Assembly: GCA_009392915.1 (NCBI GenBank)
Contig: CP045477.1
Span: forward strand, 576,001 to 640,000
Source of the DNA: Candidatus Forterrea multitransposorum CG_2015-17_Forterrea_25_41
Lineage (GTDB): Archaea > Iainarchaeota > Iainarchaeia > Iainarchaeales > CSSED10-239
Direction: 5' to 3'
Length of the DNA: 64,000 nucleotides
Both the position numbers and the translations under genes were made by a program. The notes beneath the pieces are model-generated. The model was not told the origin of the DNA and made no database searches. It saw only the letters and a list, made by a program, of their open reading frames with translations. Below are positions 19,132 to 29,771 of this stretch, one piece after another; the stretch's first letter is position 1; the number at the start of each line of letters is the position of its first letter.

Positions 19132-20073
19132 TTATAAAAGATTAAATAAGAATAATAAAAACAAAACATAAAATGAAATTAATAATATTCCTTCTTGTAT
19201 TGTAATCTTTTTATCAAGAATTATAAAATAAATTAATATTGTTCCTAAAAACATTAAACCTAAAGGAAAAATTAAACTAGAAATATCAAAAGCTACTTTT
19301 CCAAAAATTGAAGAAACACCTAATATTCCTAAAATATTAAAAATATTAGAACCAATTATATTACCAACTGCAAGATCATATTTTTTAAGCTTAACAGCTT
19401 TAATTGAAACTATCAATTCCGGAAGAGAAGTTCCAAAAGCAATTGCACTAATAGCAATAATTTCTGTACCAATATTAAGAATTGTTGATAGTTTTATTGT
19501 AGCATCAATTAAATATTTTGCACTAATATATATTGCAAGTAAACTAATTGAAAAAATTAAAATATTTACCAAAAAATCTTTCTTTCTAGGTCTTTTTTCA
19601 ACAATTGTTTGAGATAAATCTATTTCTTTAATAGTGTATATTAAATAAAATACAAAAACAAATAATAATAATAAAGTTTCATAAAAAGAAACAAAACCAT
19701 TAAATAAAATTAAAACTAATAAAAAAGAAGTTCCTATAAAAAAAGGAAGATCTTGCTTAATTACATTTTCATTAACTACAATTTTTTTTGCAATAATTGC
19801 TGTAATCCCTAAAATTAAAAATAGATTTGCAATATTTGAACCAATAACAGTAGATACAACTATTTCTGAAGAACCTTTTAAAATTGCAAAAATTGAAGAA
19901 ATTAATTCTGGAAGAGAAGTTCCAATACTTAAAATTATTACACCTATTATTATTGGTGGTAATTTTAAAAAAATACCAATATTTTCAGAAGATTTTATAA
20001 AATAGCTAGATGCCTTTATTAAAAAAAATAAAGAGGCTAAAAAAACTAAAATCCATAAAAATAATTCTAACAT
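19132..20073 (-). CDS. Ca2+/cation antiporter (CaCA/YrbG family)
   Basis: Two alpha-repeat motifs (GTSLPELISS and GTSLPELIVS) with about 10 TM helices. Confidence 0.75.
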   Translation of the reverse strand: MLELFLWILVFLASLFFLIKASSYFIKSSENIGIFLKLPPIIIGVIILSIGTSLPELISSIFAILKGSSEIVVSTVIGSNIANLFLILGITAIIAKKIVVNENVIKQDLPFFIGTSFLLVLILFNGFVSFYETLLLLFVFVFYLIYTIKEIDLSQTIVEKRPRKKDFLVNILIFSISLLAIYISAKYLIDATIKLSTILNIGTEIIAISAIAFGTSLPELIVSIKAVKLKKYDLAVGNIIGSNIFNILGILGVSSIFGKVAFDISSLIFPLGLMFLGTILIYFIILDKKITIQEGILLISFYVLFLLFLFNLL

Positions 20074-20108
20074 AATTAAGAAAAGAAAGAAAGTTTATTT
20101 AAAATAAA

Positions 20109-20786
20109 CTATTCTTTAATATAAACTTTTTTAATTATAACATCTTCAACAGGCCAATCTTGATAATAATCATACTTAGTTGTAGTTTCTAAATTTTCAA
20201 TTTTTAAAACTACATCCATACCTGAGACAACTTTACCAAATACTGCATAGCCTGGATTTTTTGAATCTTTATAATCTAAAAATAAATTATCAACAGTATT
20301 TATGAAAAATTGACTAGTTGCTGAATCAGGATCCATAGTTCTTGCCATTGAAACAGTCCCTTTAAGATTACTTAAACCAGTTATGTTTGTTTGTTCTAAA
20401 ACAATAGGATCAAAAGTATCTTTTTCAGAACCATCTTCATTAAAACCACCTGTTTGAACCATAAAATTTTTTATAACTCTATGGAAAACAACTCCATCAT
20501 AAAAATTAGATGACACATATTTTTTGAAATTTGCAACTGAAATAGGAGCATTCTTATCAAAAAGCTCAATTTCAATATTACCTTGTGTTGTTTCTATAAC
20601 TATCATGGTTGGATACCTCTCTTTTTTTGTAGCTTGATCTGTAGTTAAATTAAATATAAAATAAACTATTAAAATTAATAGAATTATTGATAAACCAAAT
20701 ATTATTATTTTTGTTTGCTTCATATTAATAATATGCTTAAAAAGATTTTTAAAATAATAAGAAATATTAAATGAAACTAATAACAT
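20109..20786 (-). CDS. Cyclophilin-type peptidyl-prolyl cis-trans isomerase, membrane-anchored
   Basis: It has FHRVIKNFMVQTGG and SMAR...SQFFI motifs with an N-terminal TM helix. Confidence 0.75.
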   Translation of the reverse strand: MLLVSFNISYYFKNLFKHIINMKQTKIIIFGLSIILLILIVYFIFNLTTDQATKKERYPTMIVIETTQGNIEIELFDKNAPISVANFKKYVSSNFYDGVVFHRVIKNFMVQTGGFNEDGSEKDTFDPIVLEQTNITGLSNLKGTVSMARTMDPDSATSQFFINTVDNLFLDYKDSKNPGYAVFGKVVSGMDVVLKIENLETTTKYDYYQDWPVEDVIIKKVYIKE

Positions 20787-20862
20787 ATGTTATTTAAAGT
20801 TTATGTTACATAATATATATACTTATTCTATTTAATTTAAAAAAAAATATTGGAGTGATTAA

Positions 20863-21426
20863 ATGATAAAAATAAATCAAGAAGCACCAAGCTTTAAAGA
20901 AGACGCATTTGTCAATAATGAAATAAAAAAAATTAGTCTAGAAGAATTTAAAGGGAAATGGGTTGTATTATTTTTCTATCCTGCAGACTTTACTTTTGTA
21001 TGCCCAACAGAACTTCAAGAACTTGCAAGACATTATGAAGAATTTAAAAAACTTGGAGCAGAAGTTATTTCTGTAAGCACAGATACTGCTTTTTCACATA
21101 AAGCATGGCATGATACTTCAGAAGCTATTAAACCAATTAAATTTCCTATGCTTGCAGATCCTGCAATGAGAGTTTGTAAGGCTTATGAAACATTAATTGA
21201 AGAAGAAGGTTTATCTTTAAGAGCAACTTTTGTAATAGATCCTGATGGAATAGTAAAAGCTTTTGAGTTCCATAATAACGATATTGGAAGATCAGTTCAT
21301 GAACTTTTAAGAAAAATAGAAGCTGCAAAATTTACAAGAGAACATAATGGTGAAGTGTGCCCTATGAACTGGCATCCTGGAGAAAAAACTTTAAAGCCAG
21401 GTTTAGATCTTGTTGGAAAGATTTAA
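20863..21426 (+). CDS. 2-Cys peroxiredoxin (AhpC/Tsa family)
   Basis: It has FTFVCPTE around the peroxidatic Cys and a resolving Cys near the C-terminus (EVCP). Confidence 0.8.
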   Translation: MIKINQEAPSFKEDAFVNNEIKKISLEEFKGKWVVLFFYPADFTFVCPTELQELARHYEEFKKLGAEVISVSTDTAFSHKAWHDTSEAIKPIKFPMLADPAMRVCKAYETLIEEEGLSLRATFVIDPDGIVKAFEFHNNDIGRSVHELLRKIEAAKFTREHNGEVCPMNWHPGEKTLKPGLDLVGKI

Positions 21427-21446
21427 ATCTTTCTTTTTCTTTTTAT

Positions 21447-21812
21447 TTAATAACTAAAAGGTAATTTTAAGATATTAAGTTTAATTAAAATTACAATTAA
21501 TAAAGTATATCCTATTGAAACTAAAATATTTATAATTAAATCTTTTTTTGTTAATTTATTTTCTTTTGAAACCATGTTTTTAATTCCAAAATGCATCATA
21601 AGCATACCTACAACATTTGAAACCCAATAAAAGAAAATCATACTTTCAAGAAAAATACCTTTTATTAAAAAAGATAATAAATAAGATAAACCATAAGCAA
21701 TAGGAATATTTACTAAAAAGTCATTCCAAAAAGACAAAGGTGAAAGAATATATCCAACTATAGTTAGAGCTCCACCTTTAAAATATTTTTTAAAATAGTT
21801 CTTAAAATTCAT
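21447..21812 (-). CDS. Small membrane protein (hypothetical)
   Basis: Four hydrophobic segments. Confidence 0.3.
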   Translation of the reverse strand: MNFKNYFKKYFKGGALTIVGYILSPLSFWNDFLVNIPIAYGLSYLLSFLIKGIFLESMIFFYWVSNVVGMLMMHFGIKNMVSKENKLTKKDLIINILVSIGYTLLIVILIKLNILKLPFSY

Positions 21813-21814
21813 AT

Positions 21815-23323
21815 CTAAAGATCCTTAAAATTAATCTTTTCAAAATAAAGATCAAATAATATTTTGGATAAATTAGAAACATTAACTCTCTTTTGATCAA
21901 AAGAATCTCTATCTCTAATAGTTACGGTATTATCTTCTTTTGTTTGATGATCAATTGTTATACAGTAATTACAACCAATTTCATCTAAACGAGCATATCT
22001 TTTACCAATAGAACCTTTTTCATCAAAAAAGACTTCAAAAACACCATAATTTTTGTCCAAGATATCTTTCAAAACATCTTGTCCAATCTCTAAAATACCA
22101 TCTTTTTTAACTAAAGGTAAAATTGCACAAAAATAAGGAGATATTTTTGGTTTTAAATGAAGAATATTTCTTAACTCTTCACCTTCTTTTTTAACTTCAA
22201 AAGAATTTTCTAAAAGAACATAGAAAAGTCTATCAAGACCTATTGAAGAAACTTCTAAAACATGAGGATTAATTACCTTACCTTCTTCTTTAACTGACAA
22301 ATCTTTTTTAGAACCTTCACTATGTGCTTTTAAATCATGATCTGTTCTATAGTTAAAAGAGAATAACTCTATCCAGCCTAAAGAAGAATTAACCTCTAAA
22401 TCAAAAGTTTGTTTTGAATAGAAGGCTCTATCATTATCAGGAACTTCTCTAAATCTTAAGTTTTCATGAGTTATACCAATATCATCTAAAAATTTTTGTT
22501 TTAAATATAAATAAAAAGTTAAAAGATTACCTAAAGAAATTTTATTTTCAGTAATTTCTTTTACAGTATAATCTTTTTCAACACCATCTTTTAAAAGTAA
22601 AAATCTTATTTTATAATCTTGAATATTTGATAAATCATAATCATTTATTTTATCAGGATCAAAGAACATTTCAGTCTCAAGTTGTTCAAATTCTCTACAT
22701 CTTATAAGACCTTGTCTTGGAGAAATTTCATTTCTGTAAACTTTTCCATGTTGTGAAAGAGTTATTGGAAGAGTATTTCTTGAAGATTTATATATTCTTG
22801 AAAAATCTAAAAATATAGATTGACAAGATTCTCCTCTCAAGTATCCTTTGTTACCATCCTGTACACCTACATTTATATAAGCCATAAGATTAAATCTTTT
22901 AATATTTATTAAATCACCACCATCTTCTGACTTAATACTATTATCTGTAATTAATTTTTGATATTCTTCAATTGAGAGACCTTCTGGTATTTCAAGGTTT
23001 AATTTTTCAGAAAGATATTTATCAAGTTTATAAGATTTTCCTGTTTTAGAGCATGTTGCAATTGGATCATCAAAGTTTTTAAGATGACCTGAAGCTTGAA
23101 AAACAGGTTCTGGTAAAATAATTGAACCAGAGATTTCTAAAAAGTTATTTCTATTTACAAATTCTTTTCTCCAGAAATCAATAATCTTTAATCTTATTTT
23201 GTTTCCTAAAGGACCATACTCATAAAAACCAGCAAAGTTTTTAGAATATATTTCAGCTGAAGGAAAATAAAATGATCTTGTAGATATCATTTCGTTAAAT
23301 CTATCTATTTTTAAATTATCCAT
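21815..23323 (-). CDS. glyS: Glycyl-tRNA synthetase (archaeal/eukaryotic class II, alpha2 type)
   Basis: The N-terminus FYFPSAEIY...GFYEYGPLG is the GlyRS signature. It has class II motifs and a C-terminal anticodon-binding domain. Confidence 0.75.
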   Translation of the reverse strand: MDNLKIDRFNEMISTRSFYFPSAEIYSKNFAGFYEYGPLGNKIRLKIIDFWRKEFVNRNNFLEISGSIILPEPVFQASGHLKNFDDPIATCSKTGKSYKLDKYLSEKLNLEIPEGLSIEEYQKLITDNSIKSEDGGDLINIKRFNLMAYINVGVQDGNKGYLRGESCQSIFLDFSRIYKSSRNTLPITLSQHGKVYRNEISPRQGLIRCREFEQLETEMFFDPDKINDYDLSNIQDYKIRFLLLKDGVEKDYTVKEITENKISLGNLLTFYLYLKQKFLDDIGITHENLRFREVPDNDRAFYSKQTFDLEVNSSLGWIELFSFNYRTDHDLKAHSEGSKKDLSVKEEGKVINPHVLEVSSIGLDRLFYVLLENSFEVKKEGEELRNILHLKPKISPYFCAILPLVKKDGILEIGQDVLKDILDKNYGVFEVFFDEKGSIGKRYARLDEIGCNYCITIDHQTKEDNTVTIRDRDSFDQKRVNVSNLSKILFDLYFEKINFKDL

Positions 23324-23407
23324 ATACTATCACAATAATATTTAGTAATGAAATGTTATAAATATATATTGGTTTAATAAATATTTATAAATATATAATA
23401 AAAATAA

Positions 23408-23489
23408 GCAGGGGTACCCAAGTGGTCAAAGGGGCATGGCTTAGGACCATGTGCTTAGTGCTTCGCAGGTTCGAATCCTGTCCCTTGCA
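23408..23489 (+). tRNA. tRNA-Leu (anticodon TAG), with a long variable arm
   Basis: Acceptor GCAGGGG/CCCTTGC, anticodon loop CTTAGGA, a variable arm of about 14 nt and T-loop TTCGAAT. Confidence 0.85.
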
Positions 23490-23503
23490 CTATTTTATAG
23501 AAG

Positions 23504-24541
23504 TTGAAAAATATGATGACTAATTTTGAAATACCAGAAGATAAATTTAATGTTAAATATTTAATTAACATAATAAAAGAAGATTTAAAAGAATATCAAT
23601 TTGAAACATTTAATTTAGGAATTAGTTATCCTTATTCTGTAACTGAAGAAGAAAAACTACTTTTAAAAAAAGAATTTCAATATGATTTAGTAGTAGGTAT
23701 TGAAAAAGAGCTTCTTAAAAAAAGAACAGAAGTCTCTTTTGGAGATATTGATATAATAATTGATTTTAATTATAAACAAATTGAATATAAAATAACCTCA
23801 CTTTATATTTATGGAATATATAATAAATATTCAAGAGAACTACCTCAAACAATTGATTTTTGTTATAAATGTAGAGGAAAAGGATGTTCTTTTTGTAATA
23901 ACACAGGTATATTGAGAAATATATCTATTCAAGAAATTATAGAAAAATACTTAAGAGAAAAATATAATTTTAAAGAACTTAAATTTCACGGAGCAGGAAG
24001 AGAAGATATTGATGTTTTAATGCTTGGAAATGGAAGAGAGTTTATAATTGAAATGACAGAACCTAAAGAGCGTAAAATTAATGAGAAAGAACTTTTAGAA
24101 ATTGAAAATAATATTAATAATAATGAAAAAGAAAAAATAAAGATATCTAATCTTAAGATTACAGAGAAAGAAAAAGTTGCAGAAATCAAAAATGAAAAAT
24201 ATTTTAAAAAATATAAAGTTACTGCAGAATGTGAAACTGAAATAAATCAAGAAGATTTAGATAAGATAACAATTAATAAAGAATTTAAAATAAAACAATT
24301 TACTCCAAAAAGAGTTGCAAAAAGAAGAGCACTTATAACTAGAGAAAGAAGTGTAGAAATATTAGAGGTTAAAAAAATTAACAATACTATTTTTGAAATA
24401 GAAATAAAAGCAGAAGCTGGTCTTTATGTTAAAGAATTTGTTTCTGGAGAAGGAGAGAAAACTAAACCTTCAATTTCAGAGATTATAAATATTAATTGTA
24501 AATGCATAAAGCTTGATGTTACTTGGATATATAGGGAGTGA
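23504..24541 (+). CDS. pus10: tRNA pseudouridine(54/55) synthase Pus10-like
   Basis: A CxxC...CxxC zinc module (CYKCRGKGCSFCNNTG) is followed by the catalytic FHGAGREDIDVLMLGNGREF motif. The motif was recalled from memory and not searched. Confidence 0.55.
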   Translation: MKNMMTNFEIPEDKFNVKYLINIIKEDLKEYQFETFNLGISYPYSVTEEEKLLLKKEFQYDLVVGIEKELLKKRTEVSFGDIDIIIDFNYKQIEYKITSLYIYGIYNKYSRELPQTIDFCYKCRGKGCSFCNNTGILRNISIQEIIEKYLREKYNFKELKFHGAGREDIDVLMLGNGREFIIEMTEPKERKINEKELLEIENNINNNEKEKIKISNLKITEKEKVAEIKNEKYFKKYKVTAECETEINQEDLDKITINKEFKIKQFTPKRVAKRRALITRERSVEILEVKKINNTIFEIEIKAEAGLYVKEFVSGEGEKTKPSISEIININCKCIKLDVTWIYRE

Positions 24542-24549
24542 TTTAAATT

Positions 24550-24858
24550 ATGAAAGAAATACAAGAAAAAATTAAAAAATTTTGTAAAGATAAAAATCTT
24601 GATAGTACACTTGAGATAAAAGTGCTTGATTTAGTTTCAGAAGTCGGAGAAGTATCTAAAGAGATTATAAAAGGAACAAACTATGGAAAAAAAGATTTTA
24701 AAATTACAGAAAACACAGAATCAGAGATTGGAGATGTTTTATTTTCCTTAATAACTATTGCAAACCAACTAGATGTTGATCTTGAAATTGCTTTAGAAAA
24801 AGTTTTAGAGAAATATCAAAAAAGATTTGAAATTAAAAAAGAAATTGGATCTTTTTAA
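24550..24858 (+). CDS. MazG-like nucleotide pyrophosphohydrolase
   Basis: It has the EVGEVSKE and EIGDVLFSLITIANQLDVDLE metal-binding EExxE/D motifs. Confidence 0.55.
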   Translation: MKEIQEKIKKFCKDKNLDSTLEIKVLDLVSEVGEVSKEIIKGTNYGKKDFKITENTESEIGDVLFSLITIANQLDVDLEIALEKVLEKYQKRFEIKKEIGSF

Positions 24859-24862
24859 AAAA

Positions 24863-25501
24863 TTATTTTAAAACAGTTCCTGTTTCAAGATACCATAGAT
24901 AAAAATCAAGCTCACCTTGAGAAAGCTTTACTTTTTTTGAAAGACATTCTAAAATATTTTCAATTTCTAAATATTTTTGTCTGTTTAAAGATTTTGGTTT
25001 TTCTTTTAAATAACCATTCTTAATTAATATATCAACTATATGAAAATCAATTATAGCATAATCGTTATACCCTATGTTTCTTAAAAAATGAGAAGATTCC
25101 TTATAAGAGATACCTTTTATATTTTCAACAAACCAATCTCTTAAAGAGTTTTTTTCATTAAAGGCTTTTAAAACTTTTTTTAAAGAATCTAAATGCTTTC
25201 TATTAGATACTATATATTCTGCTCTTAAGTTTGGATATCTATAACCTAACTCTTTAAGCTTTAAAGAAAGATCTTTTAAAGAAAGAAAAAGAAACCCATC
25301 ATTTATTTTTTTTTGAATCTCAATTGCTTTTTTAGCATTATAATTTGCAGTTAATACACAAAAAGAAAGTTCTTTAAAAATCTCTTTATTACTTTTATTT
25401 TTTATTTTTGAAAAAGATTGTATTTTTTTATCAATAACTTGTTTAACATCTTTTTTCTTAAGAGAATTAATCTGACGTACTAAAGAAGACATAAATAACA
25501 C
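24863..25501 (-). CDS. ogg: N-glycosylase/DNA lyase (archaeal Ogg2-type 8-oxoguanine glycosylase, HhH-GPD)
   Basis: It has SSHFLRNIGYNDYAIIDFHI in a helix-hairpin-helix region, with the catalytic Lys in KESSHFL. Confidence 0.5.
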   Translation of the reverse strand: MLFMSSLVRQINSLKKKDVKQVIDKKIQSFSKIKNKSNKEIFKELSFCVLTANYNAKKAIEIQKKINDGFLFLSLKDLSLKLKELGYRYPNLRAEYIVSNRKHLDSLKKVLKAFNEKNSLRDWFVENIKGISYKESSHFLRNIGYNDYAIIDFHIVDILIKNGYLKEKPKSLNRQKYLEIENILECLSKKVKLSQGELDFYLWYLETGTVLK

Positions 25502-25590
25502 TACCTTTAAATAATTTAAGTATATTAAAAGTATATACCAAAGGTTTTATAAAAAAGATATATTTATTAAATATTTATACTTATATATAA

Positions 25591-26436
25591 GTGAGAAATA
25601 TGAAGAACATTTTAGAATATATAGATCAATTATTAATAAAATCAAGAGAGATTTATAGATTAATGCCAACTCCACTCTATAAACTTGAAAAAAAAGAACT
25701 GATTGATAAATTAAATGAAATAAAAACAAGCCTTGAAAGCTTATCAAAAGAAATCTTAGAACTTAATAAATATACAGTAATACAATATTCTTCAGAAGTT
25801 AATTTTTCAAAAATGGATCTATTTTATCAAAACTTTTTAATGATTTCTAATAATATTAATTCTCAAATGTTTTTAGAGATTAATAAAAAAGAAATAAATC
25901 ATGATTTAATAAATATTAAAGAAGCAATTACAAGACCACAGATTTTTTATGATATAGAAGAACAATTAAAAAATGAAATCACATTATTTTTAAGTTTTTT
26001 AGAAGAAGTTAAAACAAAAGTAAAGTATAAATATGTAGATTTATCTAATCAAAAAAAATCTATTGAAGAACTATTAAGAATAATTCAAGATAAAGAAGAA
26101 GATAATAAACTACTTAGGAAAAAAGTACAAGATTATAAGTGGCTAGAATCAAAAGAAAGAGCAAAAGAATCATTAATAACAAATCTTGAAAATGAATTAA
26201 TTAAAAAAATAAAAATTAATGAAAAGAAAAGTGTCTTATTAAATGTACATTTACTTAAAGTTGAAAAAGAAATTACAGAAATGTATAAAGTAATTAAAAA
26301 GCTAACACTTGATATAGATGAAAGTGAAAAAGCAAATCTTGAAAAAGAAAAATTAGCATTAGAGCTTATAAAAGAACTTAAAGACGAACTTTTAAGTACA
26401 AGATATGCATTATCAAAAGTATATGAGGGTAAATAA
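25591..26436 (+). CDS. Coiled-coil protein (hypothetical)
   Basis: K/E-rich heptad-like sequence throughout. Confidence 0.35.
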   Translation: MRNMKNILEYIDQLLIKSREIYRLMPTPLYKLEKKELIDKLNEIKTSLESLSKEILELNKYTVIQYSSEVNFSKMDLFYQNFLMISNNINSQMFLEINKKEINHDLINIKEAITRPQIFYDIEEQLKNEITLFLSFLEEVKTKVKYKYVDLSNQKKSIEELLRIIQDKEEDNKLLRKKVQDYKWLESKERAKESLITNLENELIKKIKINEKKSVLLNVHLLKVEKEITEMYKVIKKLTLDIDESEKANLEKEKLALELIKELKDELLSTRYALSKVYEGK

Positions 26437-27918
26437 ATGGCTGAAAAGTTTGATCCATTTTCATCAGGAAGCACAAATTATTATAATCCAACTTCTGAAA
26501 AGAAAAAAAGTAATGGACTTGTAACATTTATACTTGTGATAATATTAATTGGACTTGGAATTTATTATGGTTCAAACTATTTATTTCTAAATAAAGTAGA
26601 TGTAACTTTTAATATTAAGAACACAGAAGGAGAAACTATTCCTGCAAACATACAAATTTCAAAAAGTCCTATGTTTACAGATACAGTTCTTAATTTACAA
26701 AATGGAACTACAGGAGAATTGAAGAAAGGTAGCTATTATTATCAGATACAAGCAACAGGATATAAGTTATATAAATCAAGTACAGAAAAAGAATTTAAAG
26801 AAACATTTAATGAAGACTTTGAACTTGAAAAAAATATTAGTCTAAAATTAGAAAAAATTACTTTTCCAGAAAAAGTTTTTAAAAACCAAATGGCAATTCT
26901 TTCAATTGAAGTTATAAATACTTCAGAAAAAGAAATATATACTCCATCAAATATCATTGTAGAAGGTGATATTGAAGAATGGAATTTTGAATATGTTGAT
27001 AATTATCAAGAAGTAATATCTGTTGAAGATATAGTTATTCCACCAAAACAAAGAATGAATATAAATTTAAGATATATTGTGGACGATACTGGAGATAAAG
27101 AAAATGATATTAAGGTAAGAATTAAATATAAATCAGATTCTAAAAAAACTAGTTTTGAAATCATAGAAATTCCAGAAATCACAATAAAAGCAGATATTGA
27201 AAAAACAATTGAAAGTGGAAGTAATAGTAATTTTACAATAAATATTGGAAATTCTAAGAATAGCAGTCCTATTTCAGACTTAAAAATAGCACTTGAAATT
27301 GAAAGTGAAGAAAATGAAACTGTAGAAGAATGGTTTAATTATGATAAAGGGAACATTGTAATCCCTGCTAAAAGAAATACAACTTTAAGTCTTTCAGTTT
27401 CAATACCTCAATATGCAAAAAGTGATACACTTAATGGAAATTTAATTTTTTCAAGTTCTGCATTTGATGAAAATAAAGTTATTCCAATAAAAATTACAAT
27501 TGAAGAACCAAGCATTGATTTTGATACAAAATTAAGTACAAGTGAAACAGAAATTAATTATGATGTAAATAATAACACTACTGATAAAAAATATATTACT
27601 TTAACTTTAGATAATAAAAGTTCAATTGATATAGAAATTGTAAACATATCTATTCTTAATTTAGATCCTGACAAAAAAGATTGTAATAACTACATATATA
27701 TTTCAGAAAACTCACTTCCAGATAAAAGAGTTATTAAAAACACAAAACCAGAAATACCAATTACAATATTTGCAAAAGATCCTTCATTAATTGGAGATCC
27801 AATAAATAACACCAGGATTTGTGGAATAAATGTAGAATACAAACATCCTTTTAGAATAGAAGAAACAATTAATATTTCTAAAAATATTATAATAAATATT
27901 GAAGAAAAAACATCATAA
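26437..27918 (+). CDS. N-terminally anchored extracellular protein (hypothetical)
   Basis: It has the TM helix LVTFILVIILIGLGIYYG followed by a beta-rich, polar sequence. Confidence 0.4.
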   Translation: MAEKFDPFSSGSTNYYNPTSEKKKSNGLVTFILVIILIGLGIYYGSNYLFLNKVDVTFNIKNTEGETIPANIQISKSPMFTDTVLNLQNGTTGELKKGSYYYQIQATGYKLYKSSTEKEFKETFNEDFELEKNISLKLEKITFPEKVFKNQMAILSIEVINTSEKEIYTPSNIIVEGDIEEWNFEYVDNYQEVISVEDIVIPPKQRMNINLRYIVDDTGDKENDIKVRIKYKSDSKKTSFEIIEIPEITIKADIEKTIESGSNSNFTINIGNSKNSSPISDLKIALEIESEENETVEEWFNYDKGNIVIPAKRNTTLSLSVSIPQYAKSDTLNGNLIFSSSAFDENKVIPIKITIEEPSIDFDTKLSTSETEINYDVNNNTTDKKYITLTLDNKSSIDIEIVNISILNLDPDKKDCNNYIYISENSLPDKRVIKNTKPEIPITIFAKDPSLIGDPINNTRICGINVEYKHPFRIEETINISKNIIINIEEKTS

Positions 27919-27938
27919 ATTAAAAGAGTTAATATAGT

Positions 27939-29771
27939 ATGGAACACATAGATTGGATTGTATCATTTGTAATTTTTATATTTGTAATACTTGCAATAAT
28001 TACAGCAATACCAAGATTTCTTCCAGACAATTTAAAACAAGAAGATATATATACTTCAAAAATAGTTTATTCTCAATTAACTGAAAATATTGATAAATAT
28101 ACAATATATTCAGATAATAATTATCAAGATATATTTTTTTTAGAAGACATTAACAAAGGAAGAGCAATTTCTAATTTTATAATTGATGAAAATATTCTAT
28201 TTTTAGATTATATTAAAAAATCAAATTTTTATTATTATGATGCAAATAGTTCTTTTGAAAAACCAAAAACTATTATTTTTAAAGAAAAAATAATTGATGA
28301 AAATAGTTTAGTTAATTTTCAATTAGATCAAGGACAAATAATTAGCTTTAATGGAGAAGCATATGCCTATCAAGAAACTACATTAAAAAGTATAGAAAAT
28401 TATTCTAATGTTTATTTTGAGTATGTTGTAGAACCACAAGACATGAATGTTTATTTTAATTATGCAGATGTTAATAATTACTCACTTTGTTCAATAGATC
28501 AAAATCAGCTTAAATTATATGATCAAAATAGCTCTGGAAGTTATTTAGTAGATTTTGTAGATGTTAATTTTGATGAAGATCAGTATTTTATAACATTAAA
28601 AGTAAATACAAACTATACTGGAGAAGTTAGTTGTGTTATTGAGGATTATATAGCTGAAAATAATACACAAAGTTCTATTAATAGTGGGCAAATAATTTTA
28701 AAAAATATTAATGAACAATTTATAGATAGCTTTGAAATATACAAGAATAATTATCTTGAAATTAACTCAAATACAATCAATACAAATTATTTTGATCTAG
28801 AAATTACTGGAAACCAAATTGATGCAAATATTTTTGAAAATAGAAATCTTCTTGGAAATATAAAATTAAGTTTTGAAAATAATTTAGATTATAGCTTAAT
28901 TGAAAACAATAATCCAGGAATAATAAAAGATAGTTTATCAAAACAAAAATTAGTTATTTTTCCAAACACAAATCAATTAATAACAGTTATTGAAAATGAA
29001 GATGTTAATTTTGAAGTATCACAAGGACTTGAAATTAATAATTATGATTATGAAATAGAATATTTAACAGATTATTATACTTGGATTAAAATGGATGTTC
29101 TTGCAAATTCTCAAAAAACAGTTTATTTAAATAAAATTCAAGGATATCAACCAGAGAATGATTTTTCAAAAGTTTATGATAGCCCAACTCATCCAAGCAC
29201 AACAGTTACAAACCAAGGAAGTGGATTATTTAAAATTGATATAGATAATACTGGAGGATTAGAACTTTCAGATTATGAAATTAGAATAGATAATAATATT
29301 TTAAGTCTATCATCTACAACTGAAAGTTTATTGATTACAGATTCTAATTTTACAAATGTTAATAAAATAACACTTAAAAACAAAACAGAAAATAAATATG
29401 TAATTATTGAATTTTTAGATAAAGATAGAAATCTTAAAGAATGTACAGTAAATATTATAGATGATGGTTTTAATATAAATTGTACAAGCAAAACATATTT
29501 AAAAATAAAAATTACAGACACAACAGAACAAGAAAAAAGTAAATATTTAAAGAGTTCTGAAAAAATAATTACTAAAGAAAAAATAGATGATGTTAATCTA
29601 GATGTAATTGATAACTATAATTACTTTATTAAACTATATAATAATAAAGAAAACGTAGAAATTGGAAACTATGGATATTCAGGAGATTTTAAAATTCTCG
29701 AAAAAATATCTAAATATTTAAATGAAAAAGGACAAGAAGAAATAGTTAAAGTTTTAATAAAACCTAACTAA
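27939..29771 (+). CDS. N-terminally anchored extracellular protein (hypothetical, 610 aa)
   Basis: It has the TM helix IVSFVIFIFVILAIITAI followed by an N/Y-rich extracellular sequence. Confidence 0.4.
   Translation: MEHIDWIVSFVIFIFVILAIITAIPRFLPDNLKQEDIYTSKIVYSQLTENIDKYTIYSDNNYQDIFFLEDINKGRAISNFIIDENILFLDYIKKSNFYYYDANSSFEKPKTIIFKEKIIDENSLVNFQLDQGQIISFNGEAYAYQETTLKSIENYSNVYFEYVVEPQDMNVYFNYADVNNYSLCSIDQNQLKLYDQNSSGSYLVDFVDVNFDEDQYFITLKVNTNYTGEVSCVIEDYIAENNTQSSINSGQIILKNINEQFIDSFEIYKNNYLEINSNTINTNYFDLEITGNQIDANIFENRNLLGNIKLSFENNLDYSLIENNNPGIIKDSLSKQKLVIFPNTNQLITVIENEDVNFEVSQGLEINNYDYEIEYLTDYYTWIKMDVLANSQKTVYLNKIQGYQPENDFSKVYDSPTHPSTTVTNQGSGLFKIDIDNTGGLELSDYEIRIDNNILSLSSTTESLLITDSNFTNVNKITLKNKTENKYVIIEFLDKDRNLKECTVNIIDDGFNINCTSKTYLKIKITDTTEQEKSKYLKSSEKIITKEKIDDVNLDVIDNYNYFIKLYNNKENVEIGNYGYSGDFKILEKISKYLNEKGQEEIVKVLIKPN

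Noticed and set aside
21146-21328. 60-aa antisense ORF inside the peroxiredoxin gene, with similar antisense ORFs at 23986-24189, 26133-26474, 32579-32824, 33440-33664, 47325-47803, 59411-59656 and 60070-60288
   Set aside because: All of them lie inside strongly supported genes on the opposite strand, have skewed composition and carry no motifs. They are typical AT-rich-genome antisense artefacts.
13026-23489. tRNA genes as possible integration hotspots for mobile elements
   Set aside because: Flanking genes are ordinary housekeeping genes. No integrase, direct repeats of tRNA 3' ends, or compositional shift is seen next to either tRNA.
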